A DNA stretch of 64,000 bases from an uncultured delta proteobacterium (GTDB taxonomy: Bacteria > Desulfobacterota > Binatia > UBA9968): positions 352,001-416,000 of the forward strand of contig CAVUVW010000014.1 of the NCBI GenBank assembly GCA_963745035.1. The letters run 5' to 3'. The notes beneath the pieces are model-generated. The model was not told where the DNA came from. It saw only the letters and a list, made by a program, of their open reading frames with translations, and made no database searches. Positions within the stretch are counted from its first letter, which is position 1. Each line of letters opens with the position of its first letter. Below, one piece after another: positions 1-16,400 of this stretch. The position numbers and the translations under genes were made by a program.

Positions 1-216
1 GAATAGCGCCGCGTGGCGTTGTGGCAATGCGCAGATTTAGAAACGAGAACATTGGTTCTCTTTGTTTCCCCGCAGTCGATTGTTACCGCCCGTCGGCCGG
101 GGATGGTTTTCCTTGCACTGGAGATTGCCGCTGGTTCCTTCCACCCGGGTCCGATTCAAGATACACGCCCCGGAAGTCGATCCCTCCGGAGCCTTTAAGG
201 CGGTGAGATCTTTGGT

Positions 217-2702
<2,486 letters not shown>

Positions 2703-2985
2703 GGGGCTGACCTCCAGCGGCCTGAGAATTCAAATTTTGAATCAATCTTCTATAACGAATACCGATGGGGTATTCAACCCGGATTGCGCCAACGCGCTTG
2801 GCTCAACCCCGCAGCGCACAATGCTAAACCCGTGAAGACGCTCATAGGACGCGGCCGCAAAGTCTCTTCATGCCCCCGGCGGCAACCCTCTTGATCTCCC
2901 ACCTCGGACTACGATCCGTAGCAGTAACGCATTGCCCACGTAAGGACTGCGCCCCGGGGCTTCCCTGCGAATTTCGGATTCAACC

Positions 2986-3261
2986 TTACTCGTCTTCGTT
3001 GAATCGGTTGTCGATGAGCCTCTCGATAGCTTTGACGGCGCGCTCGGCGTCCTCGCCGCTCGCTTCGACCTGGATTTTGCTGCCTTGAGCGGCGGCGAGC
3101 GTGAGCACGCCCATGATGCTTCGGGCGTCGATGGTTTGGCCGTCTTTGGAAAGACTCACGTGGGCGGAGAATTTGTTGCGGTCTGCACGAGCAAGGCGGC
3201 CGCGCGCGCGTGCAGTCCAAGCTTATTCTTGATTTCGATCTTTTCGAACGACTTTGCCCAC
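2986..3261 (-). CDS. ptsH: Phosphocarrier HPr; two compensating indels
   Basis: Manual translation gives IKNKLGLHARAAA...IDARSIMGVLTLAAAQGS, containing the HPr His15 and Ser46 motifs. Confidence 0.9.
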
Positions 3262-3266
3262 GGCGT

Positions 3267-4134
3267 CTATTTCTCGATATCGCGGTGCTTGACGTGAATC
3301 CGAAAACGGCCGTCGCCGAATCTTTTCTGCAATTCTTCGATCAAAACCACGGAACGATGCCGCCCGCCGGTGCAACCGAGAGCCAAGCGTGAGACTGCTT
3401 TTGCCCTCGCGCTCATACAGCGGCAGAGCAAACTCCAGGAGATCGTAAAGGCGGTCGAGAAACGTCCGCGTCTCGGCGTTGCCAAGCACGTACTCGCGCA
3501 CTTCGGCATCCGCGCCGCTCTTTGGCCGCAGCTCATTGACGAAGTAAGGGTTCGGCAAAAATCGCACATCGAAAATCATGTCGGCATCGTGGGGAATGCC
3601 GAATTTGTAGCCGAAGGACGTAAAGAACAGCGCCATGCGCCGTCCGCTCGGCGCCTGGCAGAACTGCTGCTCCATTTCACGCTTGAGGTCGTGCACGTTG
3701 AAGTCGCTGGTGTCGATCACCTTATCGGCCAAGGCGCGAATCGATTCCAACGCCTTGCTCTCGCGCGAAATCCCTTCTTGAATCGATTCCTCGCCGGCTT
3801 GCGGATGGGGCCGGCGGGTTTCACTGAAGCGTCTCAGCAGGACGTCGTCGGCAGCGTCGAAAAACAACACCTGGACCTGATGGCCGGCGGCGCGCAGGTC
3901 CGCCAGCACCTCGGGCAGCGCCTGCAGAAAGTGCCCGCCGCGCAGGTCGACGCCGAGCGCGATTCGGCGAATCTCCTCTTGGTAGCCCTGGCACAGGTCG
4001 ATGAACTTGGGAATCAGCAGCGCGGGAAAATTATCGACGCAAAAAAAACCGTTATCTTCGAGGGCGCGGATGGCAAAACTTTTGCCCGACCCGGACAGGC
4101 CGGTGATCACGATGATGTCCAAGCCGTTCGCCAT
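3267..4134 (-). CDS. rapZ: RNase adapter RapZ; frameshift near C-terminus
   Basis: ITGLSGSGKS, CVDN, RRFSETRRPHP, SFGYKFG and DVRFLPNPY; GCTGGRHRSV lies in the adjacent frame. Confidence 0.93.
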
Positions 4135-4140
4135 AGAAAA

Positions 4141-4604
4141 TCAAAACTTCTCGTCCTCTTCCGCGATCAGCGTGTAGAGCTCCTGGCTGGCTCTGCGCCG
4201 CCATCAGACGGTGCCGAAATCCGTCGTCCTTGAGCAGGCGGGAGATCCGCGCCAGCGCCTTTAAATGATCCGCCGCGGCGTTTTGCGGCGCGATCAAAGC
4301 AAAGAACAAATGGGTCGGCTCGCCGTCCAACGACGCGAAGTCGATCCCCTCCTGGCTGCGCGCAAACACGCCCACAACCCGATCCACGCTCGGCAGCTTG
4401 CCGTGGGGAATGGCCACGCCCTCGCCAATGGCGGTCGTGCTGATGCGCTCGCGCTCGAGCAAGCACGTCGAGAACTTGCTTCCCATCGAGCTCCCGGTGG
4501 CGGGATGCGAGCAAGGCCGCCATCTCTTCGATGGCGCTGTTCTTGTCGCGACACTCGAGCCCGGGGATGACGGAATCGACACTCAAAAAGTCGGTGATTT
4601 TCAC
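4141..4604 (-). CDS. ptsN: PTS EIIA (nitrogen-regulatory type); apparent frameshifts
   Basis: RERISTTAIGEGVAIPHGK, FASLDGEP and HLKALARISRLL; located after rpoN. Confidence 0.9.
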
Positions 4605-4741
4605 GCTTGAACCTTTTGTGAAGCAGCCTGTTCTCGGGCGCGGGAGTAATCGGCGCGCCGCTTCTCTTGCCGATCGCGCGATCGCGGCGCAATGGAGGCC
4701 ATCCGTCATGATCGCCCTTCGACGCGCTCGTCCGGCGGGAC

Positions 4742-6221
4742 TCATCGACGCAGAAAGGGTTGGCGGCGTTTGGAAGAAGGAAGAATGCCCATAGCCTCGC
4801 GGTATTTGGCGACCGTGCGGCGGGCGATATCGATGGAATCGCTCGACAGCATGGCGGCGATGTGCTGATCGCTGTAGGGCTTGCGCGGATCTTCGGCGCC
4901 GATAATGCCGCGAATTTTTTCTTTGACGCTCTCGCTCGCGACGTCCTCGCCGTTGCCGCCCTTGAGCCCGCTCTGGAAAAAGAATTTGAGCTCGAAAAGT
5001 CCCTGGGGCGTGTGCACGTATTTGTTGGCCGTGGCGCGGCTCACGGTGGACTCGTGCATGTGAATGTCCTCGGCAACGTCGCGCAGCACCATCGGCTTGA
5101 GCTGGCTCACGCCGTGGTCGAGAAACTCCTGCTGGAACTTGAAAATGCTTTGCGTGACTCGAAAGAGCGTTTGCTGGCGCTGCTGGATGCTCTTGATCAG
5201 CCAGGTCGCCGCCCGCACTTTTTCTTGCAGATACTGGCGCGCCTGTTCCTCTGCCGCGCCCTCCTGTCCCGCCATCCGGCGGTAAAGCGAGCTCACCCGC
5301 AGGCGCGGCACGCCGTCATCGTTTAAGTAAATCAAATATTCATCGCCGACCTTCTCGACGAAAACATCGGGCAACACGGTACGCACTTCGTCCTGCTCGA
5401 AGCCGCGCGAGGGCTTGGGCTCCAACGATGCGATCAGGTGCGCCGCCTCGGCGATCTCGTCGATGGTGATGGCCAGATCTTTCGCCAGCTTTTCATATCT
5501 TTTGGACTCGAGAAAGCTCAAGTGATCGGCGACGATGCGCGCCGCCAGGCTGTCGCTGAGCTTCAGGTTTTCGAGCTGGACCAGCAAACACTCGCGCAGA
5601 TCGCGCGCGGCGACTCCGACCGGGTCAAAAAACTGAATGCGCCGCAGCACGACTTCGAACTCTTCGGGAGTGCTTTCCGTCGCGTTGCAGATCTCGTCGC
5701 GGCTGAGCGCCAGATAACCGTTCTCATTGAGATTTTGAATGATGTGCAGGCCGATGGTCGATTCGCGCTCGGTAATTTTGGACAGGCGCAGCTGCCAGAT
5801 CAGATGATCTTCCAGGGTGGTTTTCTTGGTCAGGCTGTTTTCCCACGACGGCGGCGAGTCGCCGTCCTCCGACGTCGCTTCGGCCGTGAGCGAGCCGTGA
5901 ATCGAATTGGAATGGGTATCGAGATATTCCTGCCAGTCCAAAGTGCCAATCTTGTCGACAGCGGAAAGCTCGCGGTTGAGCACCGCATCGGTAGCTTTCG
6001 ACACCGGGGATCACCTCCGGAGTTTCGCTGCGCGCCTGCTCGCTGGTTTCACCCTCTTCGGTCGGTCCCTCCTCCAAAGCGGGATTTTCCTGCAGCTCCT
6101 TGGACACCATCTCTTCCAGTTCCACTCGCGAGAGCTGCAGCAGCTTGATCGCCTGCTGCAGCTGCGGCGTCATCACTAGCTGCTGCGCCAGTTTTTGAAC
6201 CTGTCGAATTTCAAGAGCCAT
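4742..6221 (-). CDS. rpoN: RNA polymerase sigma-54; frameshift near 6000
   Basis: N-terminal QQLVMTPQLQQAIKLLQL, HTH HESTVSRA and RpoN box ARRTVAKYRE. Confidence 0.96.
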
Positions 6222-6223
6222 AG

Positions 6224-6946
6224 CTAGAACTTAAAACCTTCTCCCAAATAAAATTTGCGCGCCTTGTCGCTGGCGGCGATGGTTTCGGGCGTGCCTTCTT
6301 CGAGCACCACGCCTTCGTTGATGATGTAGGCGCGGTCGCAGATTCCCAGCGTCTCGCGCACGTTGTGATCGGTGATCAAAATGCCGATGCCGGTGCTGAT
6401 CAGCCGGCGCACGATTTTTTGGATTTCCGCCACCGCGATCGGATCGATGCCGGTAAACGGCTCGTCGAGCAGCAAGAAGAACGGCGACAGCACCAGCGCG
6501 CGTGCGATCTCGACTCGCCGGCGCTCGCCGCCGGAGAGCGTGATGGCCATGTGGGTCGCCAGATGCGCGACTCCGAGCATCTTCATCAACGCGTCGGCCC
6601 GTTCGCGCTGCTCGCTCGCGTCCAAGTCCAGGGTCTGAAGGATCGCGCGCAAATTATCTTCCACCGTCAGGCGGCGAAACACCGACGATTCTTGCGGCAG
6701 GTAGCTGATGCCCGCCTGCGCGCGCTGGTGCATCGGCGCGCTCGTCAAGTCGTCGCCGTTCATGGAGACCCGCCCGTCGTCGGGCCGAACCAAACCAACC
6801 ATCATATGAAACGTCGTCGTCTTCCCCGCGCCATTGGGACCGAGTAGACCGACCACCTCGCCGCCTTTGACTTCCAAGCTGATGCCATTAACTACCCGCC
6901 GCCCGCCATAAGATTTTGCGACCGACTCCGCCTTGAGGACGCTCAT
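6224..6946 (-). CDS. lptB: LPS export ABC ATPase
   Basis: GPNGAGKTT, LSGGERRRVEIARAL, LLDEPF and ITDHNVRETL. Confidence 0.96.
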   Translation of the reverse strand: MSVLKAESVAKSYGGRRVVNGISLEVKGGEVVGLLGPNGAGKTTTFHMMVGLVRPDDGRVSMNGDDLTSAPMHQRAQAGISYLPQESSVFRRLTVEDNLRAILQTLDLDASEQRERADALMKMLGVAHLATHMAITLSGGERRRVEIARALVLSPFFLLLDEPFTGIDPIAVAEIQKIVRRLISTGIGILITDHNVRETLGICDRAYIINEGVVLEEGTPETIAASDKARKFYLGEGFKF

Positions 6947-7504
6947 TCTTTCTTGGCGTCCTCTTTTTCCTTGCCCTTGAGATCCTCGGGAAATACTGTC
7001 GCTTCCACGCGTCGCGCTTTGCCGTCCCCTTCCGCCGTCGCCTTGTCTTGCTCGATAAAGTAGATAATCTTGGCGCCGCTCACTTGGCTGTTTCCTTGGC
7101 GCATCACCGGGCTGCCGGTGAGAGTGACGGTCTTGGCCGTGTCGTCGAAAACCGCCTTGTCGCCGGTGGCCACCCGATTGCCCTGGGTGGCATTGACCTT
7201 TCCCTCGGCGACGATTTGTTTCATCTGCTTCATTTCAGGATCGAAGTAGGCGGTAAGCGTCTCGCTGCGCATCGTCATGTCGTTCTGAATCGTCACCACG
7301 CGCCCCTTGTATGTAATCGACTGTTTCTTCTGATCGACTTCCATCCAATCCGCGGTGATGTAGATGGGATCGTTTTTATTGAACTCAAAAGTTGAGCTGC
7401 TTTTCTTGCCATCGTCTTTGGCGCTGGCGGGAGCCTCGCCGGCCAAGGCGGGATGCGCCATCGACAAAAGAATAACGAAAGTTATCAGGCACCAGCCGGC
7501 TCAT
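6943..7504 (-). CDS. lptA: LPS transport periplasmic protein; start probably ATG 7504 with an indel in the signal peptide
   Basis: OstA-like beta-jellyroll motifs (PIYITADWME, AEGKV, LTGSP); located between lptC and lptB. Confidence 0.85.
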
Positions 7505-8136
7505 CGTCTCATCCCCCGACCCGCGCGTTGGCGCGAGGCCACGGCCTTTTTTTTGCCGAGCTTTTCGGGCTCGATCTTCGTCTTGACCGCCTGAATCATG
7601 CGAATCTTTTTCTCCTCCAACTCCACTTCCATGCGGGCGCCTTCCACGGAAATCCCCTCACCGACGACGGTCGTGCGACTCGGGAGCACGATCTGGTCCG
7701 TAGCGGGCGTGTAGTTCGCCTCCTCGGACTTGAGCACGTAGCCTTGAAAAGTCACTTCGATGCCGCCCCGCAGCTCCATTCGTTCCAGCTCTTTTTCATT
7801 GAGATAGATAACCGCCTGGTCTCCTTGAGTCTCGGCCACTTCGCCCTTCTTGTCATAGTAGTAAAATCGCGGCTTTTTGATCACCGCTTCTTTTCGTTCC
7901 TTGTAGTAATTGGCTTCCTCGCCGAAAAGCTCCCAGACCTTGCGGCCGTCTTCGATCTTGGATCGATGAAAGTCTTTTATTTGAAGGGCGGACTCAGGCA
8001 GGTAATCGAGGGCCTTCAGTGGATTTGCCTTAATTTCTTTTTGCACGCGACCGACGATCTCCGCGACTTTGTAGGTCACCCCTCCCAAAGAAGCGAGAAT
8101 CCCGGCCAACAGAATATATCGCCTGACTTTACGCAT
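7501..8136 (-). CDS. lptC: LPS export protein LptC
   Basis: N-terminal TM anchor, beta-rich body (GRKVWEL) and synteny. Confidence 0.8.
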   Translation of the reverse strand: MRKVRRYILLAGILASLGGVTYKVAEIVGRVQKEIKANPLKALDYLPESALQIKDFHRSKIEDGRKVWELFGEEANYYKERKEAVIKKPRFYYYDKKGEVAETQGDQAVIYLNEKELERMELRGGIEVTFQGYVLKSEEANYTPATDQIVLPSRTTVVGEGISVEGARMEVELEEKKIRMIQAVKTKIEPEKLGKKKAVASRQRAGRGMRR

Positions 8137-8156
8137 GACGCCTCACGTAAAGTGCA

Positions 8157-8185
8157 AAAGTACCACTCTTCAGGAAGCCTGTAAA
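8157..8185 (-). promoter_or_regulatory. Putative sigma70 promoter for lptCAB-rpoN
   Basis: Minus strand reads TTTACA-17 nt-TACTTT with an extended TGn, about 20 nt upstream of lptC. Confidence 0.5.
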
Positions 8186-8190
8186 GGAAG

Positions 8191-8206
8191 CGGCATGAAT
8201 ATTGCT
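8191..8206 (+). promoter_or_regulatory. Sigma54-type -24/-12 site, opposite orientation to the operon
   Basis: CGGCATGAATATTGCT fits GG-N10-GC with TTGCT. Confidence 0.45.
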
Positions 8207-8236
8207 AAAATTGCTCTGAAAACTGAAAAAACTCTT

Positions 8237-8777
8237 TTATCTTCCGACGATCTTAGCGATCAACCCCGACCACTGGCCCTGGCTTTTGAGCAGCAGCTCA
8301 GCGACTTCGCGCACCGCGCCGTGTCCGCCGCGGGCAGCGGTTACGAAGTCGGCGGCAGCGCGAACGCCTTCCCAGCCGTCGGCGACCGAAAAGGCGACGC
8401 CCGCGCGGCGTAACAGCGGGAGATCGACGATGTCGTCGCCCATGAAGGCAATCTGGGCGTCGCTCAAGCCGGCGCCTTTGCCGGATCGACTCGTAGGCCG
8501 CGAGTTTGTCGCGCACTCCTTGTCGGAGGAGACGAACGCCGAGATCCCTGGCGCGATGGCGCACGCTGGCTGAAGAGCGGGCCGTTAGGAAGCCGACTTC
8601 GATCCCGCCGCGCAAGAGCAGAGCGATGCCCTGCCCGTCGCGCACATGAAAGTGCTTGGTTTCGACGCCGCGGTCGTCGACGATGATGCGGCCGTCGGTG
8701 AGCACGCCGTCGACGTCGAGCAGCAGCAACACGATATTTTTGGCCTTGCTGCGAAGGCGCGCGGGAATACGCTTCAC
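8237..8777 (-). CDS. kdsC: KDO 8-phosphate phosphatase; frameshifted
   Basis: LLDVDGVLTDG, FHVRDGQGI, AFMGDDIVDLP and GGHGAVRE. Confidence 0.92.
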
Positions 8778-8788
8778 GGCGCGCTCGC

Positions 8789-9767
8789 TCAGATCCCCGT
8801 CTTGAGAATGTCGTGGAGATGAATGATGCCGACGGGTTTGCGGCCGCCGTCGAGCACGAACAGGCAAGTGATCGGACGCGTGGGGTTCGCTTCCATTTCC
8901 GCCAGCGCCTGGGCGGCGAGCGCGTCTTTGTCGATGGTCCGCGGACGGGCAGTCATGACCTCGTCGGCTTTCTTGTGGAGAATCCCATCGCCGTGAGCTT
9001 GCAATCCGCGGCGCACGTCGCCGTCGGTGATGATGCCGACGAGCGCGCCGCTTCGCGTCGATTACGCCGGTCACGCCCAAGCGCTTGGAGGTGATCTCGA
9101 ACAGGGCGTCCTTGACGGACATGTCGTGGCGTACCAACGGCAGTTCCTCGCCTCGATGCATCAAGTCCTCGACGCGTAAAATCAGTCTGCGGCCCAAAAT
9201 ACCGCCGGGATGGCGCACCGCGAAGTCTTCTTCCTTGAAGCCCTTCTGTTCCAGCAACACAACCGCCAGGGCGTCGCCCATCGCCAGCGCCACCGTCGTG
9301 CTCGCGGTGGGAGCCAATCCCAGCGGGCAGGCCTCCTTCACACGGACGTTGAGCACCACGTCGCCCGCGCGGGCGAGCGACGACTCCGGATTGCCAGTCA
9401 TGACGATCAATTTGATACCGTGCAGCTTGAAATGCGGCAGCAGCTTGAGAATCTCCTCGGTCTCGCCGCTGTTGGAGACCGCGAGGATCACATCGCCCTT
9501 CATCACCATGCCGAGATCGCCGTGCATGCCATCGCCGGAGTGGAGAAAAAACGCCGGTGTGCCGGTGCTCGCAAAAGTCGCGGCGATCTTACGGCAGATC
9601 AAACCGGACTTTCCCAGCCCGGTCACCACCACCTTGCCGCGACATTGGCGCAACATCTGCACCGCGCGCACGAAGCTCTCATCCAGGCGCTCGACCATGG
9701 AGAGAATTCCCTCCGCTTCGATGCGCAGCACGTCGGCGGCGCGCGTGAGCGCTGCGCTCGATTTCAC
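8789..9767 (-). CDS. kdsD: Arabinose-5-phosphate isomerase (KpsF/GutQ), SIS plus CBS domains; frameshift near 9050
   Basis: [37 protein letters not shown] and CBS GIIHLHD. Confidence 0.93.
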
Positions 9768-10621
9768 GCCCGCCCGCCGTGCGCCTGCTTCACCAGCGCG
9801 TCCACCTGCTTGACGACCCGCAAGAGACCTTCGAAATCTTCCAGTTTGAGCGAATTGGGGCCATCGCTCATGGCGTGGTCGGGATCTTCATGCACTTCCA
9901 TAAAAAGCGCGTCCACACCGGCGGCGACTCCGGCCCGCGCCAGCGCGGGAATATACTTCCGTTCGCCACCCGAAGCATTGCCTAGCCCGCCCGGCAGCTG
10001 CAGACTGTGGGTGGCATCGAAGACCACCGGATAGCCGAGCTCGCGCATGACCACCAGCGAGCGCATGTCGGAAACCAGATTATTATAGCCAAAGGAAGCG
10101 CCGCGCTCGGTGAGCAGAACCTGATCGTTGCCGGCGGCGAGGATTTTGTCGAGCACGTTGCTCATGTCCCAGGGCGCGAGAAATTGCCCTTTCTTTACGT
10201 TGACGACTTTTCCCGAGCGCGCCACCGCCAAAACAAAGTCGGTCTGGCGGCAGAGAAACGCCGGGATCTGCAAGACGTCCGCCACCTCTTTCACCGCCGC
10301 CACCTGATCGATCTCGTGAACATCGGTAAGAATCGGCACGCCGATTCGCGCTTTGACCTCGGCGAGGATTTCCAACCCCTTTTTCAGGCCGGGACCGCGG
10401 AAGGAGTTGACCGAAGAGCGGTTCGCCTTGTCGTAGGAAGATTTAAAAATATAGGAAACGCCGGCTCGGTCGGCTTTTTCTTTCAGCGCCGCGGCGTGGC
10501 GTAGCGCCGCTTCCCTGCTTTCGATCACGCACGGACCGGCGATGACGGCCAGCGGCGCGTTCCCGCCGATTTCAATGCGCCCGACTTTGACGACTTTGGT
10601 TGCCATCGAGATCAAGGCCAT
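9764..10621 (-). CDS. kdsA: KDO 8-phosphate synthase
   Basis: [31 protein letters not shown] and FDATHS. Confidence 0.97.
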   Translation of the reverse strand: MALISMATKVVKVGRIEIGGNAPLAVIAGPCVIESREAALRHAAALKEKADRAGVSYIFKSSYDKANRSSVNSFRGPGLKKGLEILAEVKARIGVPILTDVHEIDQVAAVKEVADVLQIPAFLCRQTDFVLAVARSGKVVNVKKGQFLAPWDMSNVLDKILAAGNDQVLLTERGASFGYNNLVSDMRSLVVMRELGYPVVFDATHSLQLPGGLGNASGGERKYIPALARAGVAAGVDALFMEVHEDPDHAMSDGPNSLKLEDFEGLLRVVKQVDALVKQAHGGRA

Positions 10622-10627
10622 TGCCCG

Positions 10628-13063
<2,436 letters not shown>

Positions 13064-13424
13064 TCATTAACTCAGATGTGAAAACGCGTACACTGGCATC
13101 ATCGTCGGGACGGGTTCCGCCAAAAAGAAAAAACCGTAACCGCTTTCGGCGAAAGCGCATTACGGAATTTTAATATACGCGGCGCATAAAAATGTGTCAA
13201 CGAGTTTCTGCCAATGGTGCTCAGGGAAATTCGAATTCCATCCACGGGAATTCGTGCCGTCATGCGCGCGCGAAAAAATTACCGCAAAAACTTCGATAAG
13301 CGCAACCGGCGCTACCGTCGATCGAAAGGCGCATGACCACGTGAGCGCGCGGGAGAATGTCGCAGCATGGTTGGAAAGCCCAAGAATAGGGGATGGAGAG
13401 CGCGCAGGCAGGCCGCCGAAACGC

Positions 13425-16400
13425 TCAGGATGTCCGCAGCGACCACTCCAAAACCGGCTCGGTCGGGCGCTCGCCGGCGGCGACCTCGATGCGATCTCGA
13501 CCGGTCTCCTTGGCGCGGTAAAGCGCGTGATCGGCCGCCTGCAGCAGCGATTGGCTGGTGCGCCCGTGCACCGGATAGAACGCCACACCCATGGAGACCG
13601 TCACCGCCTGGATCGATTGACCTTCCTCGCGCACGATCATGCCAGAGAGGTCGCTGCGCAGCTGTTCAAGCCGCTGGCGGGCGTCGTCCACGGAGATATC
13701 GGGGAGGATAATCACGAATTCTTCGCCGCCGTAGCGGCAGACGATGTCGCTGCCGCGAAACTTGGCTTTCAGCAGCTCGCTCCACTCGCGCAGCACGGCG
13801 TCAGCCGCGGTGTGGCCGAAGGTGTCGTTGAGGCGCTTGAAGTGATCGATATCCACCATCGCCACTACGACCGTCCTGCCCAACCGCTCGGCCCGGCTCA
13901 ATTCGCGGATCAGAGAGTCCTCCATGTAGCGGCGGTTGAACAGTCCCGTTTGCGGATCGCGGATGCTCTGGTTCTTGAGCGTCTCCCGCAGGCGGAGATT
14001 GGCGAGAATCAACGACAGCTGCTCGGCGGCGGCGAGCGCCGACTGGGCGATGATGTTTCTCACCCCTTCGTGGCTCTCGGCATAGCGAATATGCAGCAAG
14101 CCCATGATTTCACCGTGGGCGACCATGGGCAGACACAAATACGCTGTGCCGTTCTCCAGCTCGACGTGTTTGCAGACGAGGTCCGTTTCCTCGGACGCCA
14201 TGCCGTGCGGCTTGTTGCGCCGCAGCGCCCAGCAGTCCTCGGGGTCGAGAATCTTGTCGAACTCGCCGTTGGGCTCGCCCCAGTGGCTCACGCTTTCGAG
14301 CAGGTTGCGCGAGGCGGCGATCATGTAGAGCACCCCGCGGGTGCCGCGCAGCAGCAAGGGCAGGCGGCGCGAGATCACGTTGTGGGCCTCGTCCAGGTTG
14401 CGGCACGATTCCAGCAGCTCGACCATCTCGCTGACGAGCCTCATTTCCTGGTTGCGCCGCTCGAGCTCAAGCACCGAGCGTTGCAGATCGTCGTGGGCCT
14501 GCTGGAGCTCGCTTTCGACCAATCGCCGCTGGGCGTTTTCGGCTTCGAGCTCCTTGGTTCGTTCGGTCACCCGATGCTCCAGGTTGGCGTTGAGCGCCTG
14601 CACTTCGCCGGTGCGTTCGGCCACCCGGCGCTCGAGCGTCACGTTGAGCGCGCGGATTTCCTCCTCCACTCGCTTGCGCTCGGTGATGTCGACCACCGAA
14701 GCCAGCACCTCGGTGCCGCCGGGCGCGGGAATCGCATTCAGGCTGATTTCGACGGGAATCTCTGTGCCGTCGCTGCGCAGCGCGAACAGCTCGCGGCCCC
14801 GGCCGATGGAGCGCGGCTCGGTTCGATCGAAAACCTGCTCGGAATGGCCGGCCTGCGCGGCGCGGAAGCGGGCCGGCAGCAAAAATTCGGTGGGCTTGCC
14901 GAGCAGCTCTTCGCGCGAATACCCGAACAATTGCTCCACTTGCGAATTGACCAGAGTGATCGTGCCGCTTTCGTCGATGCGCAGCATGCCGTAGGGCGCC
15001 GACTCCACCACCAGGCGCAGTTGCTCCTCGGCCGATTTCTGCTCGCTGTTATCGACGTACATGGCGCGGGTGCCGACGATTTCGCCGGCGCTGTTGCTGA
15101 CCGGATCTCCCCGCACCAGCACCGGGATCAGCGCGCCGTCGCTGGCGATCAGCTCGCGGTCGCCGGAGACGACATTGCCTTGCATGGCGTCGCGGTAGCC
15201 GTTGTCTCCCAGCAGTTTGAGGCGCGACGACGGCGAATGAAAGTCGGCAAGCGGACGACCGATGACATCCTTGCGCGCGTATTTCAGCGTCTTCAAGAAG
15301 ACTTCATTGCAGTCGGTGATCACCGGCGCGCCGTTTTCATCGCCGGTGAGGACGTACATGGCGGGCGCCGCGTCGAACAGCGCGCGGTAGTGCCTCTCGG
15401 CGAGTTGCATCTGCAGCAGCGCGCGGTCGCGCATTCTGAGATAAAGGATCAGCGCGGCGGTAATCAGAATGCCGATCAGCAGCACCCCGAGGCTGTCCCA
15501 AATTGCTCCAATACCTGGGTAACTCGCGCCTGGCCGTGCCACCAGCAGCAACTCTCGGCCGCCGAGCGCCAACTGTGCCGCCTGGTGCGAGCCGATTTGC
15601 GCTTGCACGAGCTTCTGCACGTTGGCGGCCGGGAGTGACTCGTTCCACCCTCCAGACGTCGCCGCGAACGACGCCAGGTGCAGCGGCTCCTCGTCGTCGG
15701 TCACGTCGAGCAGATGGATTTCCCGGTTGCGAAACGATCCAACGGCCGCGGCGGATTTGGCCAATTCGATGATCGGAATTTCGATTCGAACTATTCCCAA
15801 GAACTTTTCCCGTCGCTGCGCCACCGAGGCGGGATCGGCCTCGTGATCGAGATAGAGCGGATCGTAAAGGTAGAGCCGCGGTCGGTCCTTTTTTCCGCGC
15901 GCCGTGCTCGCGAACGAAGCGGTGGTGCGATTAAAATCGCGCGCCGCATTGAGCACCGCCGCTGTTTCCGGAATCGACGCCAAGTCCAGCCCGATCTCGC
16001 TTGGGTGATCGCCCACCGGCTCGGAAAAGAGAATCGGATAGTATTCCGGGCGGCTCCCCGCCGCTACCCGCTCGCCGAGGGTCGTCCATTCGAAAACTTC
16101 GAACTGGGGCGCGCCGTCCACCCGGGCGCGCGCCTCGAACTGTGCCCGCCCCTCGATCTTGACCCGCGGCACCCATTGCAGCTGCGCCGGGGGCCGGTCA
16201 CCGCCGGAAAGCCGTGCGAGGAACTTACGAAAGTCCGCGCGCCGCACGCCCTCCGCGGTGGTCAGCAGACCTTTGACCGCGCGCGAGCGCTCCACTGCGC
16301 GTTCACTACTTCTTTCGACTTGGCGTGCCAGCTCGTGGACATCCTGGCGCAGTTTTTCATTGGCGGAAACGATTTTGTTTTGCCACATGAGATAGGAAAC

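Noticed and set aside
13194-15638. 814-aa plus-strand ORF and other long overlapping ORFs
   Set aside because: These are antisense shadows of real GC-rich genes such as the diguanylate cyclase, pyrG and kdsD.
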